Assembly (NCBI GenBank): GCA_051869435.1
Contig: JBJEAW010000103.1
Coordinates: 5,841-69,840 of the forward strand
Direction: 5' to 3'
DNA: 64,000 nt
Source of the DNA: Prevotella sp.
GTDB taxonomy: Bacteria > Bacteroidota > Bacteroidia > Bacteroidales > Bacteroidaceae
The position numbers were made by a program, and so were the translations under genes. Under the pieces are notes generated by a model. It worked only from the letters and a program-made list of their open reading frames with translations. It ran no database searches and was not told where the DNA came from. Shown here one piece after another: positions 20,342-30,738 of this stretch; positions within the stretch are counted from its first letter, which is position 1; every line of letters starts with the position of its first letter.

Positions 20342-23300
20342 TCATCTCGTCAGCGAGAACTTCAGCGAGAGGCCGAAGTCCTGGGTTGTGGTCGGATAGG
20401 AGTTGTTTGAGAGCAGCGGCTTGTTGGTCTGGCGGTCGAGGTAGAAGCTCATGGTGAGCAAACGCGACATGGTATAGTCTGCCGAGAACGACAGTTTGAA
20501 GGCGTTGTTGCCGCTTGTCGCTGTCGATGTCATGGTCATGATGTCGCGGTTGATGGCTGCCTGACGGCGGTAGCTGACATCGAGGCGGAGGTCAAGATCA
20601 TGGCTGAATCCGCCACGTGAGCGTGTTGTCGGCTGCTTGTCCTGCTGATCTCTGCTGGCAGAGGTGCCGCCGCCCTTCACACGGCGCTTTGGCGTGCGTG
20701 AGAAGAGGTTGAAATCCTGTATCTTATATCCGAATCCCAAGACCCAGTCCTTTGACGTTGTCTCAGAGAGCTGGACGCTTGTCATGGAGAGGTTCAGGAC
20801 ACGTGTTGAGCGGTACTCCATCTTCACAGACATGTTGTTGTAGAATGTGAAGTCAAGTCCGAGCAGCGGCGAGAAGGCCTCATTGATGCTTACCTGCGAC
20901 ACATTGTACATGGAGCTGGGGACAGGAGAGCCTGTCGTGGTGTTCGTGACGAAGCCCAGTCCGTTCATATACTCCATGAATGTGGAGAAGCTGCTGTACG
21001 AGCCGACGGCATACACGCTCTTGTAACCATGGCTGAGTGTGACGCTCTTGAAGAGATCACGGAACCATGTCAGCTGTCCCAGACCGCTATATTTCAGTGT
21101 CCAGTTAGGTAGCAGGCGCGAGAGTGACGGGAATATGCCGAGCCCGTCGCCCATAGAGGTGTAGGCATTGAGGAACGCCGGCACCATAACGTCGGCGCCA
21201 TACTGTGAGACACCGCCATTGGCGGGGTCGAAAGGCTGGCCTGCAAGCGAGGTGCCCTCAGGGTATCGGGCCGACGCGTATTGTGCCTCGACACGGTCGC
21301 GGAAGCGTGGCAGAGACTCGCAGAAGCGCTCGAATGTCTTCGAGCGGAACCCGTTTGTCGAATTGCCTGTGCCCTCGAAGGCGCTTCCGAGGGAGAGGGT
21401 TGTCATGGTGAATGTGCCGGAATGGGTTGTCGGCGAGCCCTCGTACATGTACTGGACGCTCTTGGCACGTGTCATGGTGCGGCTGGCGTTGAGGTCAATC
21501 TTGAGGTCGCGTATGGGCTCGAGGGTCATGCGCAGCTGCAAGTCCTCTGTCTTGTTCGTCGTCGCCGGTGTCGCCACAGAGTCGGCATTCAACAGCCATC
21601 CTAACTCTCTCGCCTTGTCTATATAGCCGTCGCCGACAAGGCCAAAGGCGAAGTCGAGACCTGGGGACATGATGCCGTCATGCCGTTTCTGTCCGAAGAT
21701 GTCGCCGACAGAAGGCATGAAGCCCGGGAGCGAGAGCGAGTAGTTGTTGCGATAGGTGAAGCTGACATTGCGCACCATCATGAGCAGACGGGCAGCCGAC
21801 TGTGCCGTGCGGTACCATTTGAACGACTCGAGGTCTGGCTTCTTTGTCACAGAGAGCTTCACGGTCTGTGCCGTGTCGCTCTTCAGCTTGACGAGGATGC
21901 TGTTGTCGTCGGTCTTCTTCACCACGAGAGGCAGCTGTTTGCCCTGCTGTGAGCGTGCCGATACGATAAGGCGTTTCGACTTGCGGTTATGTTTCATGAC
22001 GATGGCGCTGTCCGGGTAAAGCTTCATCTCCACCTGGGTAGTGTTCTTGTTGAAAGGCAGTGCCGCCTTCGGGTCGTTCTTCTTACCCTTTGCGCCGTCT
22101 TTGCTGTCGGCTTTCTCTCCACTCTTCTTGGTGGTTTTCTTCTTCCTGTCGGTATCGACCTTGTATGCCGGACGTTTGTTGAAGCGCTCGTTTGTCTTCT
22201 TCAGGAATGGCACATGGTTATACAGCTTCTCCATGGCGAAGGCTCCGTTGAGTGTCACGGTGCGGTTCATGGCCACGGTGTTTCCGAGCGATGTGCCGTC
22301 GTCGAGGTCTGTTCCCCGCTGCCAGTTGTATGTCGATGAGTATGAGCCGTCGGCCGTGAGCCAGTCGAATATCGGGATCAGATTGAGAGGCAGACGGTAT
22401 GACGCACTGACATTCTGTGAATAGTCGAGAGGTGTTCCAAGGTGTTTGATGCTTGTCCAGACAGAGTCTTTCCACGCCTCATAACGCTCAGGATAGAGGT
22501 CTTTGTTGACAGCGGTATAGGGCTCTTCTATCTCAGCGTGTGTGGCTGACTGGAAGCTGAACTGGAGATTAGGCGTGAGGTCCCACCTCAAGTTGAAGTC
22601 ACGGTTCCACAGGAACTGTGAGTTGAATGTCAACGGGAGTTGTGACGAGCCTTCCAGCTGTTCCATGTCACGCTCCTGCAGCTCATAGTAGTTGCGTGTC
22701 ATCTCGGTGTTGAACGCCACTGACTGTGGCAGCCAGTTCAGTCCGAAACGGCGCAGTATGTCATAATACTTTGATTTTGACTTGATCTTCTTGAACGGCT
22801 CGAAGGGCTTATAGACCGGGCTCCACTGATAGTTGAGCGAGCCACGCCATGTGTCCTCGTTCTCATAGACAGTTGTCTCGCCCTGCTTGTGGACATGCGA
22901 GTGGCTGTATGAGAACGAGAAGTTGGCGGGGTCGTATGGCATAGGGTGATGCTTCGTCTGTATGCCGACACGCGCATTGGACAACGAGAAGTTGGTTGAC
23001 GTTGTCTTTGTCACCGCGATGCTCTCTATTGAGTCACGCTCAGTCTTGTCGGCACAGGCGTCAAGCGCGTCCTTCAGGCGCATGTCGCTGTCGAGAGGGT
23101 TATACTTTGGCGATGTCTTCTCTTTTGTCACGCTATAGTAAACGGGTGCTGTCACCTTCGCCTTGTCGGGGAAGAACTTGCCGAGCTCAACGTTTACCGT
23201 GGCTGAGTAGGATGAGAAATCCTCTGTCGAGCGCTGCAATATGCTCTCCTCCAATCCGCCGAAACCGGCAGAGAGATACTTGCCCGTCACATTGACCGAG

Positions 23301-26300
23301 CCGAGGTCGGAGAGCTGGACGTTCATATTGCCCTGTGCGGCCCATCCTCCCTCGTTGTTTGTGTCTTTAAGCCTCAGCTCGTTCACCCATACCTCGCCGG
23401 CTTTCATCTCTGACGAGAGGTTTCTTACGCCAATGACAATAGTCTTCACTTCTCCCAGGGTAGGGTTGCCCATGATGGAAATACGGTTGTTCGGCTTGTC
23501 ATCGTCGTATGCGGTGAAGAGCTTGTTGTACGATGCCTGTCCCGAGCTCTTGGCTATGTTGCGCTGCTTCTTCAGCTGTGTGAAGAGGTTGAGGTCTATA
23601 TCCAGCATATTGTCTTCCGGCCATACGGTGCGGCAGTCCTGGAGGGAGTACTGGTTGTATAGCCCCGGTGCGGTCAGCTTCAAGGGTATCTCATACTCGT
23701 AGAAGTTCGACTTATAGTCAGAGCCGAGACGTATGAAGAGTGCCAGCTGGTTGTCGCGCAGGCCTGTGGTGTTGTTCTCGAAGGCATGTGCGTGGGCGAA
23801 GAGCTGCAGGCGCTTATAGTTGCGCAGGTCTATCGTGGTGTTCTTATAGACACAACGAGCGTCGCCTGTTGACATGTCTGTGAGTGTCATAGAGAGCGCC
23901 TGCTCATTGCTCTGCACGAGCTGTGGCTGGGACGGATCGACAATGCGTGATATGCCTGGGGGAAGGACATAGTTGACAGGGGTCTTGTCGTTGTTCTCCT
24001 CGATATTCACTGCCGACACTGACATGACGCCGGTGTTGGGGGCTGAGGGATTGAGGTTCTGCTCATAGACACGCCATTTGCCATAAACGAGGTCGAAGGT
24101 GGCAAAGCGGAGCACGACAGGACGCTTGAAGTTGGTCAGGAACATACGCATGAAACGTATGGACGTGAAGTCGTTGATATTGCCCACCTTGGTACGGTTA
24201 GGCGATGCCTCCTTGAGCGGTATGCGGAACTGATACCACGTCACGCTGTCCTTATCGCCATTGCGGAGAGGCTTGGATGTCACGCGCTTATCGACAATAT
24301 AGTTCTCGCCGACACGCATACGGCCGGGGTAGAGCGGCACACGGTACTGGAAATACTTCTCATACTCGTTCAGCGTATAGTCCTGATTGATATCCTCAAC
24401 GTCAGGAGTTGTCTTGTATGATGTGTCGTACGACTCTGTCCTCTGCTCTGAGTCGGGCGAGTTGCCCTGCGGGCCGTTGATATGTTTGTATCGCTGGAGT
24501 ATCGGTGTCTGCTGCTGGTCGAATGCTGTGCTGCGGAAATAGCTGTAGTTGTCGGCAGCAGGGTCGTCCATTATGCTGGTGTAAACAGAGTCGGTGGCGG
24601 CGTATTTGCTCTGGACAAACGAAATGAAGTCCTGATAAGCGGGGAACAGACGCTCCTCCTCGTCGGTCAGTCCGTTGAATCCTGTGTCCTGCATCTGGCG
24701 TGTGCCGGCCTCTGTCGAGAATGCGTATGTCACGGCAGCCTGTGTAGGCACCTTGCCCCATTGGGTCGTGGTGTATGCGTCACTGCCGTTGATAGGCATA
24801 CCGCTCTCGTAGAATTTCTTGCCGTCGAGCAGGATGTCCTCGCTCACATCGCCGAGGTTGATATAGAGGTCGCCGCCCATGTCGGTGATGTCGTCATAGG
24901 CGTTCTTGCCCTCGATGAAGGGGTCGAGCATCCAGAACTCGATATACTCTACGTTGGCAGCCTCAAAGTCTGAGGTGTCAAGCTTCCTCATCATGCCGCC
25001 CCACCTGTTCTGAGGGTTGAGGAGATGGCCTCGTGAGTCAAGTTCGGTAGAGAAGTTATACGGGCCGCGCTCGTCAGGATAGAAGGCTATGTTCATCACC
25101 GACAGGGTGTTTGTCGCGCCTGTGTATGAGCTTTGGTCGCGATTGGGGAACAGCTCGCTGACATAAACCTCGCGCACATAATGGTTGGAGAGCTGCTGGA
25201 GGTCGCCCTTTATATGTGATGGTGTCAGCGACGACGAGCGGCGTGTGAAGAGCGGGTCGATGGTGTACCATGCCATGAGCGCACGGTTATAGCCTGAGCG
25301 CAGGGTCTGCTTGTCGGTATGCTCCGGGAAGAACGACGGCACGCTCGACATTGTCCACGATGTCGGTGAGGAGACATCGATGGTCTCCTTGGCATTCTCA
25401 AAGTCGTCAAGATATGAGGCGTTGTCCTGTGTCCCGCCCGCTGTGCCGGCTATAAGCTGTGCGAACTCTGCCGACAGCTGGATTGACGATGGCGCTGTCA
25501 GATGGAGGAAAGGAAGCTTGTCGAGAATGTTTGTGAGCCATTGCGACTCTTTCTTCCAGTTGAGGTTAATGCCCCACAGGGTATTGTTGAGAGGCTCAGA
25601 GCCCATGTTCACCTTTGTTGTCAGCGCCTGCTCAGACAGATGCTGGAATGTTCCCGACATCTGGAAGTCCTTTGAGAAGTCATACTCCCAGTTCAGGCCG
25701 AACATCGTCTTGCGCTGCTGTCCGTAGTCAGTGTCGCTCTCTAACGACACGTTGACTGCTGTCCCGGCGTCAATAATGCTCTGGTTGATGATGGTCACCT
25801 CGCCGGCAGAGTAATCGACAGTATAGTCTGAGCCCTCTGTCAGTGTCATGCCGCCAGCCGTGACCGTTACCGACCCGCGCGGGACATTATACGCCCCGAG
25901 GGATATGACATTGCCCGCTGTGCCCTTGAACTGTCCCTGAAGCAGATACTTGTCTTTCTCCGCAATCTGCTTTGCCACGGTCTTTGTGGAGTCATACAGC
26001 TCTGTGTACGCGTAACGTGCGGCACGCTCAGGAGAGACGCCGTTCTTTGTCAGATAGTTATACATGTAGCGGCCGAAAGGCTCGGCGGCGGGAAGGAAGA
26101 CCCGACCGTCACTGATGGTGTATCCCTCCACATAGTCGAAATATCCGTTCGCGTGAGGCTTGTTGTTGTTGTCAAGACGGTCTGCACCGAGCAGACGGAT
26201 GAGAGGCGTGCCCTTAACCTGCTGCTCAGGTATATACGTCAGATACACTCCCGCCGTGTCGCTCTGGAACTTCACGTCGAGCCTGAACTTTGTCTTCTCA

Positions 26301-28072
26301 ACATTCGTGGCGAGATAGTAAACATTCTTCATCATCAGGCCCCAGTTGCCCTGCTGCGGGGTGTTGGCAGCGTTCTTCACTGACTTGACGAAGAGGGCCT
26401 TCGTGTTGTCCTGGACATCGCTTGAGAACTCGCCCACCTGATATGTCCTTCCGCCATAGGTGTATTCATAAGCCACAGCGAGCACCTGGTCTGTCTGCAG
26501 AGTGGTCTTCAGGGAGACATAGCCGAGCGCTGTGTTTATGGTGTATTCTGATGCCGACAGCTGGCGCGCGCGCTCTATCTTCTCATAGTCTGCGCCGCCC
26601 ACAAGGGCCGCACCGTCGAGTGCCGATGACGCCTGGTCTATGTCGCGTGCGGCCGACAGCTGGCTTGCCATTGTCTGGTACTCTGTGTTGCCACTGTTGT
26701 CAGGCGGGAGGTTTGTGGTGCCTCCCCAGCGGTCGTTGTGCAGATTGGATGTCTCGCCGAGGTCGGTAAGGGCTATGATATTGCGTGTGTTGTTTGTTGC
26801 GCCCGACTTGTTTGTGACCCATATCTCCACACGGCCTATCTTTATGCCGGTGGTGAGGTTGGGCAGAGTGGCCATGGCCGCGTCATATTTCTCACGGAAA
26901 TAGTGTGAGAGGAAGAAGTGGCGGTTCTCCTCATAGTTGGCCGCGTCAATCTCAAACGGGGTGTATTGCACTCCGCCTTTCGAGCTGACACTCATGGAGT
27001 TTGACTTCTTCTGTGATATCACGGTCTGCAGCTTCAGCTTGCCAAACTGCATGTCGGTGCGTATGCCGAACAGTGACGACGCACCCTGCACGAGCGATGA
27101 ATTTGAGGGGAACGATGTGTTGCCCGCCTCTACCAGTTTTATTATCTCGTCGTCCTTGCCCTCATATTTCAGCTTGATGTTCTGCTGGTCGAAGTTGAAT
27201 GTGGCGTCGGTGTTGTATGACAGGCCCATGTTCACCTTGTCGCCCACCTTGCCGGTGACGTTGACATTTATCTTCTCGTCGAAGTTGATGGTCGTTGTCT
27301 TGCGGTTCCTGATAGGCAGCGAGGGGTTGTCGATGTTCTTCAGCGTGGCTCCGAACTTCAGCTCTGCCGTACCACGTGTCGTTATGCGCACTCCGCCAGG
27401 GCCGAAAATCTTTTCTGCCGGGCCGAGGTCAAAGTGCATGTCAGAGAAGTCGAACTTCTCCTTGCCTTTCGCCTCGTATATCTCTGCGTTCTTCTGGCGG
27501 TAGAATTCCGAGCGCTGTTGCTTGCCTACATATTGCAGATACTCGTCGAGAGTCATCATGATAGGCGCGTCGATGTATGTCCCGCCAATCTTGTAGCCGA
27601 AGACATACCTCTCGGTAGAGTCGTTATACTCCACTTTCTGCTGGAGGTTCTCAGGACGTTTGAGGTCGGCAGAGCCTTGTGAGAGGTCGTCGAATGTGAC
27701 AGGTGTCGTGCGCTGTATTCCCCACCGTGGGTGGAGCAGAGAGTCCGGTATCTCCTCCGTGTCGAGCTTTAGTATCTCGTCAAGCCTTGTCGTCAGCGAG
27801 TCTTTCTCTTCTTTCTGTGTGTTGTTGTCCTGGCCTGTGACGCCGGCCTGCTGTCTCGCATCCCTCTGCGTCTGGGCTGGGGTGCGTCCGTTCTGCGGCC
27901 TTCTGTTCTGTATAGGCCCCGTCTGCTGGCCATTGGCTCCCTGCATTCTGCTTACAGGGACTCCACGCCTCGTGTTGACATCCTGAGGTACAGACATAGC
28001 ATATGCTGTCAGCACCGTAAAGATGCTGACAGCAATCCATGCGAGTATGTTCTGTATTCTGTTGGATTTCAT
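20342..28072 (-). CDS. sprA: T9SS outer-membrane translocon SprA/Sov
   Basis: ~2576 aa; LGPAEKIFGPGGV, YEENRHFFL, NVEYIEFWMLDPF, WVNELRL; adjacent to ruvA as is usual in Bacteroidetes. Confidence 0.95.
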   Translation of the reverse strand: MKSNRIQNILAWIAVSIFTVLTAYAMSVPQDVNTRRGVPVSRMQGANGQQTGPIQNRRPQNGRTPAQTQRDARQQAGVTGQDNNTQKEEKDSLTTRLDEILKLDTEEIPDSLLHPRWGIQRTTPVTFDDLSQGSADLKRPENLQQKVEYNDSTERYVFGYKIGGTYIDAPIMMTLDEYLQYVGKQQRSEFYRQKNAEIYEAKGKEKFDFSDMHFDLGPAEKIFGPGGVRITTRGTAELKFGATLKNIDNPSLPIRNRKTTTINFDEKINVNVTGKVGDKVNMGLSYNTDATFNFDQQNIKLKYEGKDDEIIKLVEAGNTSFPSNSSLVQGASSLFGIRTDMQFGKLKLQTVISQKKSNSMSVSSKGGVQYTPFEIDAANYEENRHFFLSHYFREKYDAAMATLPNLTTGIKIGRVEIWVTNKSGATNNTRNIIALTDLGETSNLHNDRWGGTTNLPPDNSGNTEYQTMASQLSAARDIDQASSALDGAALVGGADYEKIERARQLSASEYTINTALGYVSLKTTLQTDQVLAVAYEYTYGGRTYQVGEFSSDVQDNTKALFVKSVKNAANTPQQGNWGLMMKNVYYLATNVEKTKFRLDVKFQSDTAGVYLTYIPEQQVKGTPLIRLLGADRLDNNNKPHANGYFDYVEGYTISDGRVFLPAAEPFGRYMYNYLTKNGVSPERAARYAYTELYDSTKTVAKQIAEKDKYLLQGQFKGTAGNVISLGAYNVPRGSVTVTAGGMTLTEGSDYTVDYSAGEVTIINQSIIDAGTAVNVSLESDTDYGQQRKTMFGLNWEYDFSKDFQMSGTFQHLSEQALTTKVNMGSEPLNNTLWGINLNWKKESQWLTNILDKLPFLHLTAPSSIQLSAEFAQLIAGTAGGTQDNASYLDDFENAKETIDVSSPTSWTMSSVPSFFPEHTDKQTLRSGYNRALMAWYTIDPLFTRRSSSLTPSHIKGDLQQLSNHYVREVYVSELFPNRDQSSYTGATNTLSVMNIAFYPDERGPYNFSTELDSRGHLLNPQNRWGGMMRKLDTSDFEAANVEYIEFWMLDPFIEGKNAYDDITDMGGDLYINLGDVSEDILLDGKKFYESGMPINGSDAYTTTQWGKVPTQAAVTYAFSTEAGTRQMQDTGFNGLTDEEERLFPAYQDFISFVQSKYAATDSVYTSIMDDPAADNYSYFRSTAFDQQQTPILQRYKHINGPQGNSPDSEQRTESYDTSYKTTPDVEDINQDYTLNEYEKYFQYRVPLYPGRMRVGENYIVDKRVTSKPLRNGDKDSVTWYQFRIPLKEASPNRTKVGNINDFTSIRFMRMFLTNFKRPVVLRFATFDLVYGKWRVYEQNLNPSAPNTGVMSVSAVNIEENNDKTPVNYVLPPGISRIVDPSQPQLVQSNEQALSMTLTDMSTGDARCVYKNTTIDLRNYKRLQLFAHAHAFENNTTGLRDNQLALFIRLGSDYKSNFYEYEIPLKLTAPGLYNQYSLQDCRTVWPEDNMLDIDLNLFTQLKKQRNIAKSSGQASYNKLFTAYDDDKPNNRISIMGNPTLGEVKTIVIGVRNLSSEMKAGEVWVNELRLKDTNNEGGWAAQGNMNVQLSDLGSVNVTGKYLSAGFGGLEESILQRSTEDFSSYSATVNVELGKFFPDKAKVTAPVYYSVTKEKTSPKYNPLDSDMRLKDALDACADKTERDSIESIAVTKTTSTNFSLSNARVGIQTKHHPMPYDPANFSFSYSHSHVHKQGETTVYENEDTWRGSLNYQWSPVYKPFEPFKKIKSKSKYYDILRRFGLNWLPQSVAFNTEMTRNYYELQERDMEQLEGSSQLPLTFNSQFLWNRDFNLRWDLTPNLQFSFQSATHAEIEEPYTAVNKDLYPERYEAWKDSVWTSIKHLGTPLDYSQNVSASYRLPLNLIPIFDWLTADGSYSSTYNWQRGTDLDDGTSLGNTVAMNRTVTLNGAFAMEKLYNHVPFLKKTNERFNKRPAYKVDTDRKKKTTKKSGEKADSKDGAKGKKNDPKAALPFNKNTTQVEMKLYPDSAIVMKHNRKSKRLIVSARSQQGKQLPLVVKKTDDNSILVKLKSDTAQTVKLSVTKKPDLESFKWYRTAQSAARLLMMVRNVSFTYRNNYSLSLPGFMPSVGDIFGQKRHDGIMSPGLDFAFGLVGDGYIDKARELGWLLNADSVATPATTNKTEDLQLRMTLEPIRDLKIDLNASRTMTRAKSVQYMYEGSPTTHSGTFTMTTLSLGSAFEGTGNSTNGFRSKTFERFCESLPRFRDRVEAQYASARYPEGTSLAGQPFDPANGGVSQYGADVMVPAFLNAYTSMGDGLGIFPSLSRLLPNWTLKYSGLGQLTWFRDLFKSVTLSHGYKSVYAVGSYSSFSTFMEYMNGLGFVTNTTTGSPVPSSMYNVSQVSINEAFSPLLGLDFTFYNNMSVKMEYRSTRVLNLSMTSVQLSETTSKDWVLGFGYKIQDFNLFSRTPKRRVKGGGTSASRDQQDKQPTTRSRGGFSHDLDLRLDVSYRRQAAINRDIMTMTSTATSGNNAFKLSFSADYTMSRLLTMSFYLDRQTNKPLLSNNSYPTTTQDFGLSLKFSLTR

Positions 28073-28316
28073 CCGACTTTTTTCGCCATGGCATAGTCTG
28101 AGCAAGCTCCGCCTCTGCCCATTTGGCTTATCAAAAAGTTCACTTTGCTATTCGCTGCGTATGCTGGCATGTGGGGTGGGTGGGGGCTTTTGTCATATTT
28201 ACAGCCCCACGCCTCTCATTCCCGGCAGGGCATCCCGACATTTCTTGTTCATTGCGGCCAACGTGATAAAAACCTGAAAAACATCCTTGCCTTCATGCCA
28301 TGACGGGGCGGCCGCG

Positions 28317-28946
28317 TCATTTTATCATCTTCAGAGCCTGCTTTATCACCTGCTCCACCGGTGTCTCCGGCGCCTGTGTCAGTATCTCTGTTATCACCTT
28401 TGCCGATGGAGCCGGCGGGAATCCGAGGGCTGTCATCGCCGCCACCGCCTCGTCCCTTACCGCGCCGTTTATGTTCGACGCAGCCCCTGTGGCCGGTGTC
28501 GCGTGCAGCTCAGACGCTATACCGAGTGTCACAATCTTGTCCCTGAGCTCCAGTATGATGCGCTGTGCGGCCTTCGGGCCTATGCCTTTCACCGTCCGCA
28601 GCATCTTCTCGTTGCCCGAGGCGATAGTGTTGCAGAGGTCGCCGGGAGTTGTTGCCGACAGCACCATCCTCGCCGTATTGCCTCCGATGCCGTTGACAGT
28701 TATCAGCAGACGGTACAGCTCACGCTCCTGCTTGGAGGCGAAGCCGAAGAGGGAGAACGAGTCGTCACGTCCTCCTGTCACTAACTGCTCGTGGACAAAA
28801 ACCTTCACCTCGTGGCCTATGCCCATTTTTTGTAGCGCGGTATATGTGTTCAGGGTTATCGCTAGGGCATATCCCACACCGTGAGCCTCGACGACAGCCA
28901 AGGCTGGAGACAGCTCGGCCAGCTCACCCTTTATATATTCTATCAT
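28317..28946 (-). CDS. ruvA: Holliday junction branch migration protein RuvA
   Basis: MIEYIKG, GVGY, LFGF, HhH motifs VNGIG and VKGIGPKAAQRIILELRDK, ALGF. Confidence 0.96.
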   Translation of the reverse strand: MIEYIKGELAELSPALAVVEAHGVGYALAITLNTYTALQKMGIGHEVKVFVHEQLVTGGRDDSFSLFGFASKQERELYRLLITVNGIGGNTARMVLSATTPGDLCNTIASGNEKMLRTVKGIGPKAAQRIILELRDKIVTLGIASELHATPATGAASNINGAVRDEAVAAMTALGFPPAPSAKVITEILTQAPETPVEQVIKQALKMIK

Positions 28947-29119
28947 TTTGAAAGCATTTTATGTGATTCACCTTACACACGTCATATTCACGAGCGTAAA
29001 CACATATTATAACGTAAAAATACCCTTAATATTGTGTTGCAGCGCGTTTTTAATGTTAAATAATTATATTTTTACATATAGTATAAGCTCAGGACAATGT
29101 GTGATAATTAGATTTTTAC

Positions 29120-29127
29120 TAATTTTG
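29120..29127 (+). promoter_or_regulatory. -7 box upstream of ddh
   Basis: TAATTTTG in the AT-rich divergent intergenic region. Confidence 0.55.
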
Positions 29128-29194
29128 CCGTTCGGAAAAACCATGTGCACCCATGCCTCCTCTTTATGGTATGCACATGCTGGCAGACAATCGA

Positions 29195-29385
29195 GGTGGG
29201 TTCTACCAATTCGCTTTGTCAGATTTCGGAATTATTTTCGAGGTTAAATTGCAAGTTGAAGATGGAGCGTAGCGGGCTACGTGACCGATGCGACTTACAA
29301 TTTGAACCGAAAAGAATCCGAAGACGGCAAAACGTCAACCTACAATTAACAAATATCGTGACGGTGGGAATTATTAGAACACACC
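29195..29385 (-). mobile_element. MITE-like hairpin family A copy in the ddh leader
   Basis: TIRs GGTGGGTTCTA / TAGAACACACC; imperfect hairpin 29215-29331 with apex CGTAGC-GG-GCTACG. Confidence 0.75.
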
Positions 29386-29411
29386 TCAATAATATCAAAC
29401 ATAAAAGGAAA

Positions 29412-30311
29412 ATGAAAAAGATCAGAGCCGCCGTAGTAGGTTACGGCAACATCGGGCGCTTCACACTTGAGGCCCTTGAGGCAGCCCCAGACTTTGAGGT
29501 TGCAGGCATCGTACGCCGTCAGGGAGCAAAAGACTGCCCGAAAGAGATCAGCGACTATCGTGTCGTGAGCGACATCAGAGAGCTTGAGAATGTCGATGTG
29601 GCCATACTTGCCACACCAACCCGCTCGTGTGAGGAGTATGCCAACCAGATTCTGCCATTAGGCATCAACACCGTCGATTCGTTCGATATCCACTCTGCCA
29701 TACTCGGCTACCGTAACCGTCTCGACAAGATCAACAAGGCCACAAACACTGTCAGCGTCATCGCCGCTGGCTGGGACCCAGGCTCAGACTCTGTTGTGCG
29801 CACCCTCATGGAGAGCCTTGCGCCTAAGGGGTTGTCATACACCAACTTCGGTCCCGGCATGTCTATGGGTCACAGTGTCTGCGTGCGCTCTAAGGCCGGA
29901 GTAAAAGACGCACTCTCTATGACCATCCCTCTCGGCGAGGGAATACACCGCCGCATGGTATATGTTGAGCTTGAGGACGGCGCATCGCTTGACGATGTCA
30001 CTGCCGCTATTAAGGCCGACCCTTACTTTGCATCAGACGAGACACATGTCTTCCAGGTGTCATCGGTGGATGATGTCCGCGATATGGGTCATGGCGTACA
30101 CCTTGTACGCAAGGGTGTGTCGGGCAAGACACAGAACCAGCGCCTCTCTTTCGACATGTCTATCAACAACCCTGCCCTCACAGGACAGGTGCTTGTAAAT
30201 GTGGCACGTGCCTCGATGCGCCAGCAGCCCGGCTGTTACACGATGATAGAGATACCTGTCGTCGATTATCTCGCTGAGGATCGTGACTCGGCTGTCGGCC
30301 GTCTCGTGTAA
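29412..30311 (+). CDS. ddh: meso-diaminopimelate D-dehydrogenase
   Basis: MKKIRAAVVGYGNIG, NTVDSFDIH, GWDPGSDS, NFGPGMSMGHS; likely start is ATG 29412. Confidence 0.93.
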   Translation: MKKIRAAVVGYGNIGRFTLEALEAAPDFEVAGIVRRQGAKDCPKEISDYRVVSDIRELENVDVAILATPTRSCEEYANQILPLGINTVDSFDIHSAILGYRNRLDKINKATNTVSVIAAGWDPGSDSVVRTLMESLAPKGLSYTNFGPGMSMGHSVCVRSKAGVKDALSMTIPLGEGIHRRMVYVELEDGASLDDVTAAIKADPYFASDETHVFQVSSVDDVRDMGHGVHLVRKGVSGKTQNQRLSFDMSINNPALTGQVLVNVARASMRQQPGCYTMIEIPVVDYLAEDRDSAVGRLV

Positions 30312-30383
30312 AGCGTCTTCATACGGATAGAGGCCCTACCGCCTCTGTCGCGCCAAGTGACTTTTTTGAGCATTACTAAACAT

Positions 30384-30446
30384 ACGATACCCAAACCTCT
30401 CGTGGCAGACATCTTCTGCCACCGGTGGTTTGGGTATCGTCGTTTT
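30384..30446 (+). terminator. Long hairpin terminator after ddh
   Basis: ACGATACCCAAACC..GTGGCAGA/TCTGCCAC..GGTTTGGGTATCGT followed by TTTT. Confidence 0.65.
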
Positions 30447-30738
30447 CTGTGTGTTCCGGGCCGGTGACACGGGTGTCCTTCCTGGCGGACAGGCTGGGGG
30501 CATGGCACACCACCGGCTGTGAAAGCGATGGCAGCAGGAGACATGGTGTTTCTCCATGCGCTTGTCCCACTGGTTTTTCCACCCAGTACTTGTGGACTTG
30601 CTTCTTAGTACGTATGAGCCCCTCATACTGTACGTATAACCCTGTCATCCAGCATAAACAAGAACGCCGCTTCTTATCTTCTGACAATGGGCAAGGGGCT
30701 GCCCCCCTACCAATACCAGCTCTTGGAGAAAACTGGCC

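Noticed and set aside
29145-29411. Lysine riboswitch or N-terminal extension upstream of ddh
   Set aside because: I could not find the L-box architecture. The structure is explained by the TIR-bounded family-A element, and homology starts at ATG 29412.
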